This document shows, one piece after another, positions 12,699-22,021 of a stretch of DNA of 64,000 nt. The stretch is from Pseudolysinimonas sp. (GTDB taxonomy: Bacteria > Actinomycetota > Actinomycetes > Actinomycetales > Microbacteriaceae): NCBI GenBank assembly GCA_035721225.1, contig DASTNC010000071.1, forward strand, positions 821 to 64,820. Reading direction: 5' to 3'. Position numbers and translations under genes: made by a program. Numbering within the stretch: position 1 is the first letter of the stretch; each line of letters starts with the position of its first letter. The notes beneath the pieces were generated by a model, which was given only the letters and a program-made list of their open reading frames with translations, ran no database searches and had not been told where the DNA came from.

Positions 12699-15053
12699 GT
12701 GGGCGTGAAGAATGCGACCGGGATTCGAAGTTCGACTTCGGATGCCATCCGCCTCGACCGTTGGCGGGTATCGGCGGACGGGGTGATGCCGCGCGACGTG
12801 ATTGTTCCGGGTGCTGCAGTCCCGCTCGGATGGTCGGATTGGGAGGAGACCGCCTGGGAGACGATCTGGACCTGGACGACCAACGTCGAGGTGGACACGA
12901 TTCCCTCGCACGCCGAGCTGGAAGTCGGCGCTGTATTAGGTGCCATCGTGGTGTACGTCAACGGCCAACAGGTCGGCGCCGCAGAGTCCGGATTCCTCCC
13001 CTGCGTCTTCGACGTGGTCTCGGCGCTGCACACTGGTCCCAACGCGATCGAGATCGTCGAGGATGCTCGCTGGCGGCCCGTGCCGCCGATGGGCTCGCCA
13101 CTCGGCGCCTCCGATGTCGATTTCTTCCTTCCGGCTGGTATTCACCGTCCCGTTGTGTTGCGGGTCTCCGAGGTCGCAACGCTGCGAGGCGTCTCGGTGC
13201 GCTCCAGCCAGCTGCTCACCGATAACCCGGTCGTGACGGTGACCGTGCCACTGCCCGTGGGCATTCCGGTCGGGGCAATCGCGTCGGCACGCATCGTTCG
13301 CGACCACGACGGCGGCCTCGTCGCCGAAACCAAGCAGAGCCTCGTCAGCGGGCACGGTGAGATCTCGTTGTTGCTCCAGCCCGGTACGCCCCTCGGGCTC
13401 TGGTCGCCTGAGGATCCGGTACTTCACCGCGTCGAGACCCTCATCGAGGTCGATGGCGACAAACTCGCGGCAGGCGAGCTCCGCACCGGGTTCCGCGAGG
13501 TGTCGTGGCTCCGCGACGGGCTCTATATTAACGGCGAAAGCCGCCGGCTCATCGGTCTGAACCGTCACGAGCTCTTCCCTTTCGTCGGTTTCGCAGCCTC
13601 TGAACGCGCTCAACGCAATGACGCACGCATTCTGAAGCAGGAGCTCGGCGTTGACCTTGTCCGCTGCTCTCATTACCCGCAGTCCGAAGCCTTCCTCGAC
13701 GCCTGCGACGAACTCGGGCTCCTCGTGTTCGAGGAGGCGCCTGGCTGGCAGTACGCCGGCACCGCCCAACGCGATCCGGTCTACGACGACCCCTGGCGAC
13801 CGGTACCTCTCGAGGATCGCGATTCCGATTTCGAGCGGCAGCACCTCGACCAGTTCTGCCGAATGATCAAGCGCGACCGGCACAGGCCGAGCGTCGTCAT
13901 CTGGGGCGCCTTCCTCAACGAGACGCGCGCATTCATGCCGGATCTGTGGGACGAAGTGATCGCCGAGGGTCGCGCCCTCGATCCGGATCGGCCGCTAAGC
14001 GGTGCGACCCGGTATCGCCGGGACGGTCATGAAGGAGCCCGCTTCGATAGCGCCCACGATGCGCTAGGTCGCAAGGTCTGGCCGTTCGACGTGTTCGGGT
14101 ACAACGACTACCGCCTGGCTTCCGATGATCGACCGGACTTCATGGAGCCAGTTGCCGACTACCCGTACCTGGTCACGGAGGCGATCGGGCAGATGCCTCG
14201 CTTCCAGGAGTGGTTCACCCGCAGTGGAGCAGCAGATGCGCTTTCCCGCCAGGCGCTCTACCACGCTGAGGCGATCGAGTTTGCCTTCACCAAGAACGTC
14301 ATCGGAGTGATCGGCTGGGTCGCGTTCGACTACCCGAGCCCATGCGGCTCACTCTGGGGATCCGACGATCCAGCGCTCGGCCGCCGTGGCCACTCGCTCA
14401 AGACCCCAGGCGTCGTCGATTTCTTCCGCATCCCGAAGCCGGCCGCTGCCATTTATCGCGCCCAGCGCAACCCGACCGAGAAGATCGTGCTCGATGCCGC
14501 GTTCGTCTGGGACACCAACGCGACGGACGCCCAGCCGCTCCGGTTCGCCTCGAACTGCGAGGAACTCGTGGTGACGGTCGATACGGGCCAGCCGATCACA
14601 CTCGTTCCTGATCGCGCGAATTTTCCGCGCACCCCCCATCCGCTCTTTGTCCTTCCGCGTCCCTCGGACGACGCCGTTGAGCTTCACGTGCGCGGTCGGA
14701 TTGGCGGTCGAGACGTGGCTGAGCTTCACCTGACGCGTTGCGCCTCGCTCGATAGCTTCGAGGTCCGGGTCGACGACACTCGGCTCGTCGGTGACGGTGT
14801 CGACAGCACCCGTGTGCAGTTCCAGGTCTCGGACGGGTTCGGCAACCTCCGCGCTTCCGCGTCCGGGCCAGTGCGCATTCATGTCGAAGGTCCTGGCGAA
14901 CTGATCGGGCCAGACGTGATCGACCTCCCCGGATCCGCTGGGGCCGTTTGGATACGGACCTTGCCCGGCGCCGAGGGCACCATTCTGCTTCACCTGCGTC
15001 ACCCAACCGCGGGAGAGGGCAGCGTCGTGATCGATGTCTGCCCTGCCCCCTGA
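12699..15053 (+). CDS. GH2 glycoside hydrolase
   Basis: GLNRHE, VRCSHYPQS..FLDACDELGLLV, R.R.RPSVVIWG..LNE, LVTE; C-terminal Ig-like domain. Confidence 0.88.
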   Translation: MGVKNATGIRSSTSDAIRLDRWRVSADGVMPRDVIVPGAAVPLGWSDWEETAWETIWTWTTNVEVDTIPSHAELEVGAVLGAIVVYVNGQQVGAAESGFLPCVFDVVSALHTGPNAIEIVEDARWRPVPPMGSPLGASDVDFFLPAGIHRPVVLRVSEVATLRGVSVRSSQLLTDNPVVTVTVPLPVGIPVGAIASARIVRDHDGGLVAETKQSLVSGHGEISLLLQPGTPLGLWSPEDPVLHRVETLIEVDGDKLAAGELRTGFREVSWLRDGLYINGESRRLIGLNRHELFPFVGFAASERAQRNDARILKQELGVDLVRCSHYPQSEAFLDACDELGLLVFEEAPGWQYAGTAQRDPVYDDPWRPVPLEDRDSDFERQHLDQFCRMIKRDRHRPSVVIWGAFLNETRAFMPDLWDEVIAEGRALDPDRPLSGATRYRRDGHEGARFDSAHDALGRKVWPFDVFGYNDYRLASDDRPDFMEPVADYPYLVTEAIGQMPRFQEWFTRSGAADALSRQALYHAEAIEFAFTKNVIGVIGWVAFDYPSPCGSLWGSDDPALGRRGHSLKTPGVVDFFRIPKPAAAIYRAQRNPTEKIVLDAAFVWDTNATDAQPLRFASNCEELVVTVDTGQPITLVPDRANFPRTPHPLFVLPRPSDDAVELHVRGRIGGRDVAELHLTRCASLDSFEVRVDDTRLVGDGVDSTRVQFQVSDGFGNLRASASGPVRIHVEGPGELIGPDVIDLPGSAGAVWIRTLPGAEGTILLHLRHPTAGEGSVVIDVCPAP

Positions 15054-15071
15054 ACAACTGGAGTCATTGCC

Positions 15072-16373
15072 ATGAATCGCATGTCCAAACGGTCCCGTGT
15101 CGTGAGCCTGGTCGCGGCGGGAGCAGTCGCGGCGCTCGCGCTCGCGGGGTGCTCGAGCCCTGCGCCGAAACCCTCTCGCCCCGCGCATGTAACGATCAAT
15201 TTCTGGTCAGGAGCGGCTGGCATGAACGTGCTGGTCGACGCATTCAACCAGACCCACAAGGACGTCACGGTCAAGCTCGGTGCGGTCCCGGGTGGTCAAG
15301 CCGCGTACGAGAAGATCCAGACGGCGGTGAAGGCAGGCGTAGGGCCGGATGTCGCGATGGTCGAGTACCAGGAGATCCCGACCCTGGCTGCCGCGGGAGT
15401 GCTCCAAGACGTGACCTCGCTGACCTCGAAGTACAAGGCGGAGTTCCAGCCTGCGGCCTGGAAGGAAGCCGGATTCCTTGGAAAGCAGTACGGACTCCCA
15501 CACGACCTCGGCCCGATGGTCATGTACTACAACAACTCGCTGTTCCAGAAAGCAGGCATCCCAGTGCCCACCACCTGGGCTGAGTTCCAGTCAGAGGCCG
15601 CCACTCTGAAGCAGAAGACGGGAGCTGCAATGGGTTCCTATCTCAACTACGGGCTCTTCCTCGAAGCCATATCCGCCCAGGCAGGCGCGCACTGGTTCGG
15701 TACCGCCGGCAATTCATGGCAGGTTGCGATCAACGACGCTTCGAGTAAGAAGGCACTCAACTACTGGACCGATCTGACAACCAGCGGAGAGGCCATCATG
15801 GACAAGGGTTTCAACGCGGGGTATTGGAGCGATCTTGACTCCGGCAAAATCGCAACCTACATCACTGGCGCGTGGGGTTACCGTGGCCTGGAGGGAAACC
15901 TCAAGGCCACATCGGGGGACTGGAAGGTCGCACTCGTGCCTCAGTGGGATGCTTCCCACCCGGTGAACGCCAGCATTGGCGGCTCGGTCACAGCCGTGAT
16001 GAAGGGGGCCAAATACCCTGATGCTGCTATCGAGTTCGCGAAGTGGCTGACCACCGACCCCGCCGCATTCAAGCTCGCCTACCAGAACTCAGGGTTCTAC
16101 CCGGCGACCGTTAACGGGGCAAGCCTTCCCGAGTACTCCACGCCCGATCCGTTCCTCGGAGGCCAGAAGGTCGGAGCGGTGTATGCCAAGGCAGCCAGCC
16201 AGGTCGACTCCTCCTGGCAGTGGGGTCCCGTCATGACGTCACTCAACTTGCAACTTCAGGATGCGCTTCCGAAGTCACTTCAGGCGGGAAGCGCGAACTC
16301 CATGCTCGACACGATCCAGAACCAGACAGTGTCTGACATGAAGGCGGCAGGGTTTGGCGTGACTAAGGGATGA
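15072..16373 (+). CDS. Sugar ABC transporter substrate-binding lipoprotein (CUT1)
   Basis: Lipobox LALAGC, GPDVAMVEY, YGLPHDLGPM. Confidence 0.92.
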   Translation: MNRMSKRSRVVSLVAAGAVAALALAGCSSPAPKPSRPAHVTINFWSGAAGMNVLVDAFNQTHKDVTVKLGAVPGGQAAYEKIQTAVKAGVGPDVAMVEYQEIPTLAAAGVLQDVTSLTSKYKAEFQPAAWKEAGFLGKQYGLPHDLGPMVMYYNNSLFQKAGIPVPTTWAEFQSEAATLKQKTGAAMGSYLNYGLFLEAISAQAGAHWFGTAGNSWQVAINDASSKKALNYWTDLTTSGEAIMDKGFNAGYWSDLDSGKIATYITGAWGYRGLEGNLKATSGDWKVALVPQWDASHPVNASIGGSVTAVMKGAKYPDAAIEFAKWLTTDPAAFKLAYQNSGFYPATVNGASLPEYSTPDPFLGGQKVGAVYAKAASQVDSSWQWGPVMTSLNLQLQDALPKSLQAGSANSMLDTIQNQTVSDMKAAGFGVTKG

Positions 16374-17278
16374 CGACCTCGACCGCGACGTTTGTGAGTG
16401 AAAGGCGGGCAGCCTGGGTGCTGCTCGCCCCCCTCACCTTCTTCTTCGCCATCTTCTTCGCCCTGCCCATCGTTCTGGCCGCTGTCCAAAGCTTTCAGGA
16501 GACGAAGGTATCCGGGGGCTTAGGCATTGGAGGGGTAAGCACCGTCTTCGCTGGATTCGACAACTACGTTGCCGTACTCACCGATGGAGCAATCCTGCAA
16601 GGCTTCCTTCGGGTGCTGCTTCTCGGCGTCATTCAGGTGCCCGTGATGATGGCGATCGCGATCCTCATGGCCCTGTTGTTCGACGCCGGCATCATCTGGG
16701 GAAGACAATTTTTCCAGACAGCTGCCTTCCTGCCGCACGCTATCCCCGGTGTGATCGCCGCTCTGATCTGGGGTGGGCTCTACCTGCCCCAGATCAGTCC
16801 GATCGTCAAAGGACTGGCCGCCCTCGGAATAAAGGCTGACTTCCTCGGGAACACCACGGTGCTGTTCTCCGTGATGAATATCACCACGTGGGAATGGATC
16901 GGCTACAACATGATCATCCTCTACGCAGCGTTGCAGTCAGTCCCAAGGGAGATCCTCGAATCGGCGCGCGTCGAGGGTGCAGGCGGGATACGGATCGCCC
17001 TCAGCATCAAACTGCCGTTGATCGTCCCCGCGCTCGTGATCAGCCTCGCCTTCTCCATCATCGGCTCGATTCAACAGTTCGCGAGCCCCGTGGTTTTGAG
17101 CACGTTCACGAGCAATATCGACTCGAAGTTCACGCCGAACATGGCAGTCTTCACGTTGGCAGGCGGAGACGGCGTCCCTCAGAGGGCCTATGCGCTCGCC
17201 ATGGTGATTGCGCTGCTGGCCTTCGTGCTTTCGTTTGCTGTACTGAGAATCAGGGACAGAACGGAGTCCAACCGATGA
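16370..17278 (+). CDS. Sugar ABC transporter permease
   Basis: EAA-type loop (ESARVEGA), TM helices, ATGA coupling. Confidence 0.92.
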   Translation: MTTSTATFVSERRAAWVLLAPLTFFFAIFFALPIVLAAVQSFQETKVSGGLGIGGVSTVFAGFDNYVAVLTDGAILQGFLRVLLLGVIQVPVMMAIAILMALLFDAGIIWGRQFFQTAAFLPHAIPGVIAALIWGGLYLPQISPIVKGLAALGIKADFLGNTTVLFSVMNITTWEWIGYNMIILYAALQSVPREILESARVEGAGGIRIALSIKLPLIVPALVISLAFSIIGSIQQFASPVVLSTFTSNIDSKFTPNMAVFTLAGGDGVPQRAYALAMVIALLAFVLSFAVLRIRDRTESNR

Positions 17279-18207
17279 CGCTCGAGGGTCTGCGACAGGG
17301 AGACGGAACCGACACCCGGCCCGAAACTGTTCTGAAGCCGCAAAATCGGCCCAATCGGCGTCGGGCTGGAACGCGCCTCCCCGTCGTCATCGGCATGGCG
17401 ATCATCATCGTGCTCACGGTCTACTGCCTGTTCCCGATCTACTGGACTGTTATTGCCTCGACGAAATCGACCAACGAGCTCGCCTCCACAAGCGGCGTTT
17501 GGTTCAGTTTTCCGATCCATCTCGTCCAGAACATCCGCAGTTTGTTCAGTGTCGATGGCGGTCTCTTTGGTCGATGGATGCTTAACTCCGTGCTGTACGC
17601 CGCTGTCGGTGGCGTCGGGTGCATGCTGATCAGTGGAGCCGCTGGCTATGCGCTCGCGATGCTGAGGTTCCGCGGCTCGCGCGGCGCATCGGCAATCATT
17701 CTGGTCGGTACGATGCTGCCGGCGACAGTCCTCGCATTCCCTCAGTTCCTGGTGCTCACGAACCTCGGGCTCGTGAACACCTACTGGGCCGTACTCCTCC
17801 CCAGCCTCATCAGTCCGTTCTCCGTCTTCTTGGCCCGGATGTTCGCCATCCAGTCCGTTCCCAGAGATCTGATCGAGGCGGCTCGCATCGACGGGGCCGG
17901 AGAGTTTCGGATCGCGCGGACTCTCGGCGCGACCCTGATGGCACCGGGTCTGGTCACGATCCTGCTGATACATGTCGTGGCGATCTGGAACAACTTCTTC
18001 CTGCCGCTGTTGGTGCTGAACGCCGCCGACAAGCTCCCGGCGACGGTGGGCCTCTACCTATGGAATGGGAAGGTCACCCAAAACCCCGACTATCAGAGTC
18101 TTGTGATCATCGGTTCGCTGGTTAGCGCGATCCCACTCATCGTGCTGTTCCTCACCCTGCAGCGGTACTGGCGCTCGGGGCTCGCGACCGGCGCGGTGAA
18201 GGCCTAG
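17275..18207 (+). CDS. Sugar ABC transporter permease
   Basis: EAARIDGAGE, WNNFFLPL, C-terminal LQRYWRSGL..GAVK. Confidence 0.92.
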   Translation: MTLEGLRQGDGTDTRPETVLKPQNRPNRRRAGTRLPVVIGMAIIIVLTVYCLFPIYWTVIASTKSTNELASTSGVWFSFPIHLVQNIRSLFSVDGGLFGRWMLNSVLYAAVGGVGCMLISGAAGYALAMLRFRGSRGASAIILVGTMLPATVLAFPQFLVLTNLGLVNTYWAVLLPSLISPFSVFLARMFAIQSVPRDLIEAARIDGAGEFRIARTLGATLMAPGLVTILLIHVVAIWNNFFLPLLVLNAADKLPATVGLYLWNGKVTQNPDYQSLVIIGSLVSAIPLIVLFLTLQRYWRSGLATGAVKA

Positions 18208-18260
18208 AGCTTTGTCGAGGAGACGCTCGCGCCGGAGCCAACATGCGATGCATGCGCGCG

Positions 18261-18430
18261 TGACAACACCGTGACAACAAACGAGCAGTGCCGTACTGAT
18301 CGAGGACGGGTCTACCGCTCCCGAAGAAGCCCGGAATCACGGCGATCTCCAGGTGAGGCTTGTGGGAGCAACGAATTCAAATCCCACCGGTACCGCCATG
18401 AAAAACCCCTGTCTGATCAGGGGTTTTTCT
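18261..18430 (+). repeat. att-like repeat, copy 1: TGACAAC x2, spacer, tRNA 3' fragment TTCAAATCCCACCGGTACCGCCA (18376-18398), terminator
   Basis: Co-linear similarity to 29719-29889. The fragment reads as T-loop, T-stem, acceptor strand, discriminator G and CCA. Confidence 0.85.
18401..18430 (+). terminator. Intrinsic (bidirectional-type) terminator after the tRNA fragment
   Basis: AAAAACCCCTG-tctgat-CAGGGGTTTTT. Confidence 0.85.
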
Positions 18431-18930
18431 TTTACGCTGACATTCGCATATGGCCAATGACAACAACACGGCATCACTACGACACGGTTTGAATCATTGC
18501 GGCCTGTTTTCGATTGTTGTCACCTGGCCGTTGCACGAAGAAGGTCAGCGGTCGCGGCCAGCTATGAGACATGAACGAGAGACCTTCGCACGTGTATCCC
18601 GATGCCCACGTCACCATCGAGCGCGTGAATGCTTTCGTGGAGGCGCCCCGTCAGATACAACTGATCGCCTTGACCCAGCTGCGGAAGAAGGTGCGCGATG
18701 GTGGTCTGATAGTCCACCAAGGGACTCCGGGAAAGCGACGCCAGCCGCCCCCCCCGGCTTCCCAGACACTCTCTCGTCATGACAGAGCCCGCGGAGCTTT
18801 CTCCTAACGATCAGGTGTCGTTTCTGGATTGGACGCGCCGATCCGGCTCACGGTCTTCGCGGATCTGGAGGGCAACCAGTTCCAGCTAGCAACGGTAGAC
18901 GCGCAGTAGGCCTGTCGATCGACGATAGGA

Positions 18931-18965
18931 GGGTGGCTCCGGACACCCCGGGCCCGGAGCCACCC
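18931..18965 (-). terminator. Stem-loop downstream of the GH5-CBM32 gene
   Basis: GGGTGGCTCCGG...CCGGAGCCACCC, 12-bp stem, 10 bp beyond the stop. Confidence 0.7.
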
Positions 18966-18975
18966 GGCTACTGCA

Positions 18976-21810
18976 TCAGTAGGACGACCAGATCGTCACT
19001 TCATCGATCGACCACCATTGCGGTGCGACTCCGGTCTGCGTGATGCGCACGTAGCGCGCGGTCACAGGCGCTACCTCGATCGGGCGCTTCCAGCCGTATG
19101 CCATGCCCGTGCCGACCGTTGTCCAGCTCGTGCCGTTGGTCGAAACCTGGAGGGTGTACCCGCGCGGGTAGTCCCACAGGGCGTTCGACGGAGTCTGCAC
19201 GGTGACCATGGCGACGGTGTGGTTGGTGCCCATGTCGATCTGGTACCACTCGCCGCCAGCCTGTGCCTGACCGCTGTTCCAGCGCGTCGAGCTGTTCCCG
19301 TCGATTCCACCGGACGTGGTCGAGCCGGGTCCAGTAGACGACGCGGTCGCCGTCCAGCCCGAGGTCGAGATCGCGCTGGGCGAGTAGGTGGACAGGCCGC
19401 CCGCGTACTTCGTGACGTCGGCGATCAGGTTGGTGTTGGCCGTGAAGTTGGACGTGCCGAACCGATCGATCTTCTGGATGTAGGTGGCCGAGTCATCGGA
19501 GTTGATGACGGGCACCGGTGCCGGGTCTCCGTAGTAGAAGCCCCAGTAGCTGAACCCGTCGGTCGCCGAGCCGCGGACTTTGTAGCTCCAGTTCGACCAC
19601 GACACGTTCTGCGCGTTGAGCCCGGCCATGAACTTCGACCAGACGTCGTCGTTGTAGTACAGGGAATACTCGCCGTAGAGGATCGGCACGCCTGGGCTCG
19701 AGAGCTTGGCTGACAGCCCGGATAGTTGGGTGTTCACCAAATTGTCCTGCGCCGTCCAGTCCTTCGACTCGGGCATGTCGTAGGGATGCAGCTGGTACAC
19801 CACGTTGGTCCACCCGTAGGTGCTCGGTGCAGCGATCGCGTTGTAGTCGAAGAACGCGCCGAGGAAAATCGTGTGGTCGGCGTCGATCGCGCGAACATCG
19901 TTGTAGAGGGTGTTGTACACATCGCTCTTCTGCGTGACGTCAGCCGAGTCCTCGCCGTAGTCGATCAGCGGCTCATTCATCAGGTCGTAGCCGGCGACGC
20001 CGGCATTACCGACGTAGCGGGTCGCGATCGCCTTCCAGATGTTCTCGACCCAGCCCTGGTAGGTGGTGTTCCCCCAGAAAGCGGCCGGGTTGGGTCCGAC
20101 CCGGCCGCAACTGCCCCATGGGCAGTCGCCGCCCGGAACAGTGTGGAGGTCGATCAGCACGTACATCCCGCGCGCGCTTGCCTGGTTGATGATCCAGTCG
20201 ATCTTCGTCCAGGGGCTCGACTTCCAAGTGCCGTCGAGGTTGAGGAAGGTGTTCCACCCGATCGGCACGCGCAAGAAGTTGATGCCCACCGACTGGAGGT
20301 TGTCGAGGTCGGTCGTCGTGATCCAGGTGTTCTGGTGCTCATCGATGACCGATTGCGCGCCCGAAGTCCCGAAACGGTCGGCCATCGTCTCCTGAAGCGA
20401 GTAGTCGTCGTTGTACAACGCAGCCGTGATCTCGCCGATCGACCACCACGACGTCGACGACGCGGTCAGCGTCATCTTGATGTACCTGGCACTTCGCGCT
20501 GTGAAGTCGATCGTCGTCGCCTTGCGCTCGCCGACTCCGGTCGCGACCTGGGTCCAGGTCGTGCCGTTCGTGGAGAGCTCGACCTTGTAGCCGCGTGCGT
20601 AGTCCTGCTCCGATGTGGAGTTCTTCTCGGTGTCGATGGTCAGGTTGTTGACCGTGATGAGGGCACCCATGTCGATCTGGTACCACTGCCCGCTCGCCTG
20701 TGCAACGCCGGTGGTCCACCGGGTCGTCACGTCGCCGTCGATCGCGTTGGCGGCACCGGTTGAGGACGCCGTCACTGCCCACCCGCCCCGGTCGAGAGAC
20801 GTGCCGGAGTAGATCGAAACTTCCGCGATCGTCCACCAGTTCGCCGCGGTCCCGTTGGAGGCCAGACGCAGATAGCGGACGGTCTTCGACCCTTGGAAGT
20901 CAGCGAGAACCGTTCGGTTGCTCCCGTATCCCGTGGCGATCTCGGTGTAGTTCGTACCATCCGTCGAGCCGAGGACGTCCCAGACACGGGGATAGTCGTT
21001 CGGTGCGCCGGCTCCTGAGTCGAACAGCACCTTGTCAAGGTCCTTGTTCTTTCCGAGGTCGATCGTGAAGGTCTGGCCGGGCACCTGGGCGGTCCCGCTG
21101 TTCCAGGAGGTCGTCTCGTTGCCGTCGATTCCGGCGCCTGCGGTGGTGCCGGATCCGGTCGAGGAGGCGCTCGCCGAGCTCGTCCCATTGAAGAGCACCG
21201 GGTCGTCGTAGAGGTTGAACTCGCCCACCGACCACCAGTTCGCGGCGGTGCCCAACTGAGCGATCCGGACATACCGATCGACCTGAGCCGGGAACTTCGC
21301 CATGACAACGTCTGCGGTGTTCGTCGCCTTCGCCACGCTCACCCAGGTGGTCCCGTTGGCGGACACGCTGACCTCGTACTGCCGCGGGAAGTCGCCCGCG
21401 AAGTCCGTGCTGTTGACGGAAAGCCGGTTGAAGAGGGTCGGGGCGCCGAGATCCATCTGGAGCCACTCGGTACCCGCCTGGGCGGCTCCCGTCGTCCATC
21501 TAGTGGTGTCACTGCCGTCGATCGCGCTCCCCGTCGAGGCACCGGATGAGGCGCTGGCGCTCCATCCGGTGCGGTCGACGGCGTACTCGCCGAGTGGGGA
21601 CATCCAATCCTCCTGGGTGAGCCAGCCGCCGAGATTCGTCCCGCGGAGGTTCACAGTGGATCCGGTCCCCGAGTTGTTCTTGAGCACTGCCCCGTTGGCC
21701 TTGAGGAAGTCGGAGCTTCCGAGTGCGGCCGCGTGGGCTGCGGGTGCACTGAGCAAGGCGGCAACACACGCAGCGATCGCTATCGCTGCGACAGACCATC
21801 TCTTCTTCAT
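18976..21810 (-). CDS. Secreted GH5 glycoside hydrolase with four F5/8 type C (discoidin/CBM32) domains, three inserted in the catalytic barrel
   Basis: Signal peptide MKKRWSVAAIA...AHA; GH5 motifs LRGTNLGGWL, NFLRVPIGW, LIDLH..PG, YDLMNEP, LHPY, LYGEY; repeated W.A.AS...AIDGD.TTRW...W.Q.D.G...RY..I...WWSI.E units. Confidence 0.9.
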   Translation of the reverse strand: MKKRWSVAAIAIAACVAALLSAPAAHAAALGSSDFLKANGAVLKNNSGTGSTVNLRGTNLGGWLTQEDWMSPLGEYAVDRTGWSASASSGASTGSAIDGSDTTRWTTGAAQAGTEWLQMDLGAPTLFNRLSVNSTDFAGDFPRQYEVSVSANGTTWVSVAKATNTADVVMAKFPAQVDRYVRIAQLGTAANWWSVGEFNLYDDPVLFNGTSSASASSTGSGTTAGAGIDGNETTSWNSGTAQVPGQTFTIDLGKNKDLDKVLFDSGAGAPNDYPRVWDVLGSTDGTNYTEIATGYGSNRTVLADFQGSKTVRYLRLASNGTAANWWTIAEVSIYSGTSLDRGGWAVTASSTGAANAIDGDVTTRWTTGVAQASGQWYQIDMGALITVNNLTIDTEKNSTSEQDYARGYKVELSTNGTTWTQVATGVGERKATTIDFTARSARYIKMTLTASSTSWWSIGEITAALYNDDYSLQETMADRFGTSGAQSVIDEHQNTWITTTDLDNLQSVGINFLRVPIGWNTFLNLDGTWKSSPWTKIDWIINQASARGMYVLIDLHTVPGGDCPWGSCGRVGPNPAAFWGNTTYQGWVENIWKAIATRYVGNAGVAGYDLMNEPLIDYGEDSADVTQKSDVYNTLYNDVRAIDADHTIFLGAFFDYNAIAAPSTYGWTNVVYQLHPYDMPESKDWTAQDNLVNTQLSGLSAKLSSPGVPILYGEYSLYYNDDVWSKFMAGLNAQNVSWSNWSYKVRGSATDGFSYWGFYYGDPAPVPVINSDDSATYIQKIDRFGTSNFTANTNLIADVTKYAGGLSTYSPSAISTSGWTATASSTGPGSTTSGGIDGNSSTRWNSGQAQAGGEWYQIDMGTNHTVAMVTVQTPSNALWDYPRGYTLQVSTNGTSWTTVGTGMAYGWKRPIEVAPVTARYVRITQTGVAPQWWSIDEVTIWSSY

Positions 21811-21911
21811 GAAGACACTTTCTCGTCGTTGAGATCCGCCGCCGGGGTCGCGGGTGGACAGAGCTGTCCACAGCAGCATTGTGGCCTGATCGCGTCGTCT
21901 TTGTCTAGAGC

Positions 21912-21987
21912 TTTTGATAAGTATTGAAAATATTGTGGACGTGTCGGGTGGACTTCGGGCGATAGTTATGATAAATCTTGAGATAAC
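21912..21987. promoter_or_regulatory. Two similar AT-rich ~21-bp sites, probable ROK operators, in the divergent GH5/GH1 promoter
   Basis: TTTTGATAAGTATTGAAAATA (21912-21932) and TTATGATAAATCTTGAGATAA (21966-21986). Confidence 0.55.
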
Positions 21988-22021
21988 CCAACCCGGCCTC
22001 ACCTGAAGAGAACGATCGACG

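Noticed and set aside
18376-18398. Intact tRNA gene at either TTCAAATCCCACC site
   Set aside because: Only the 3' ~23 nt are tRNA-like; upstream there is no matching 5' acceptor strand, D-arm or adjacent T-stem 5' strand
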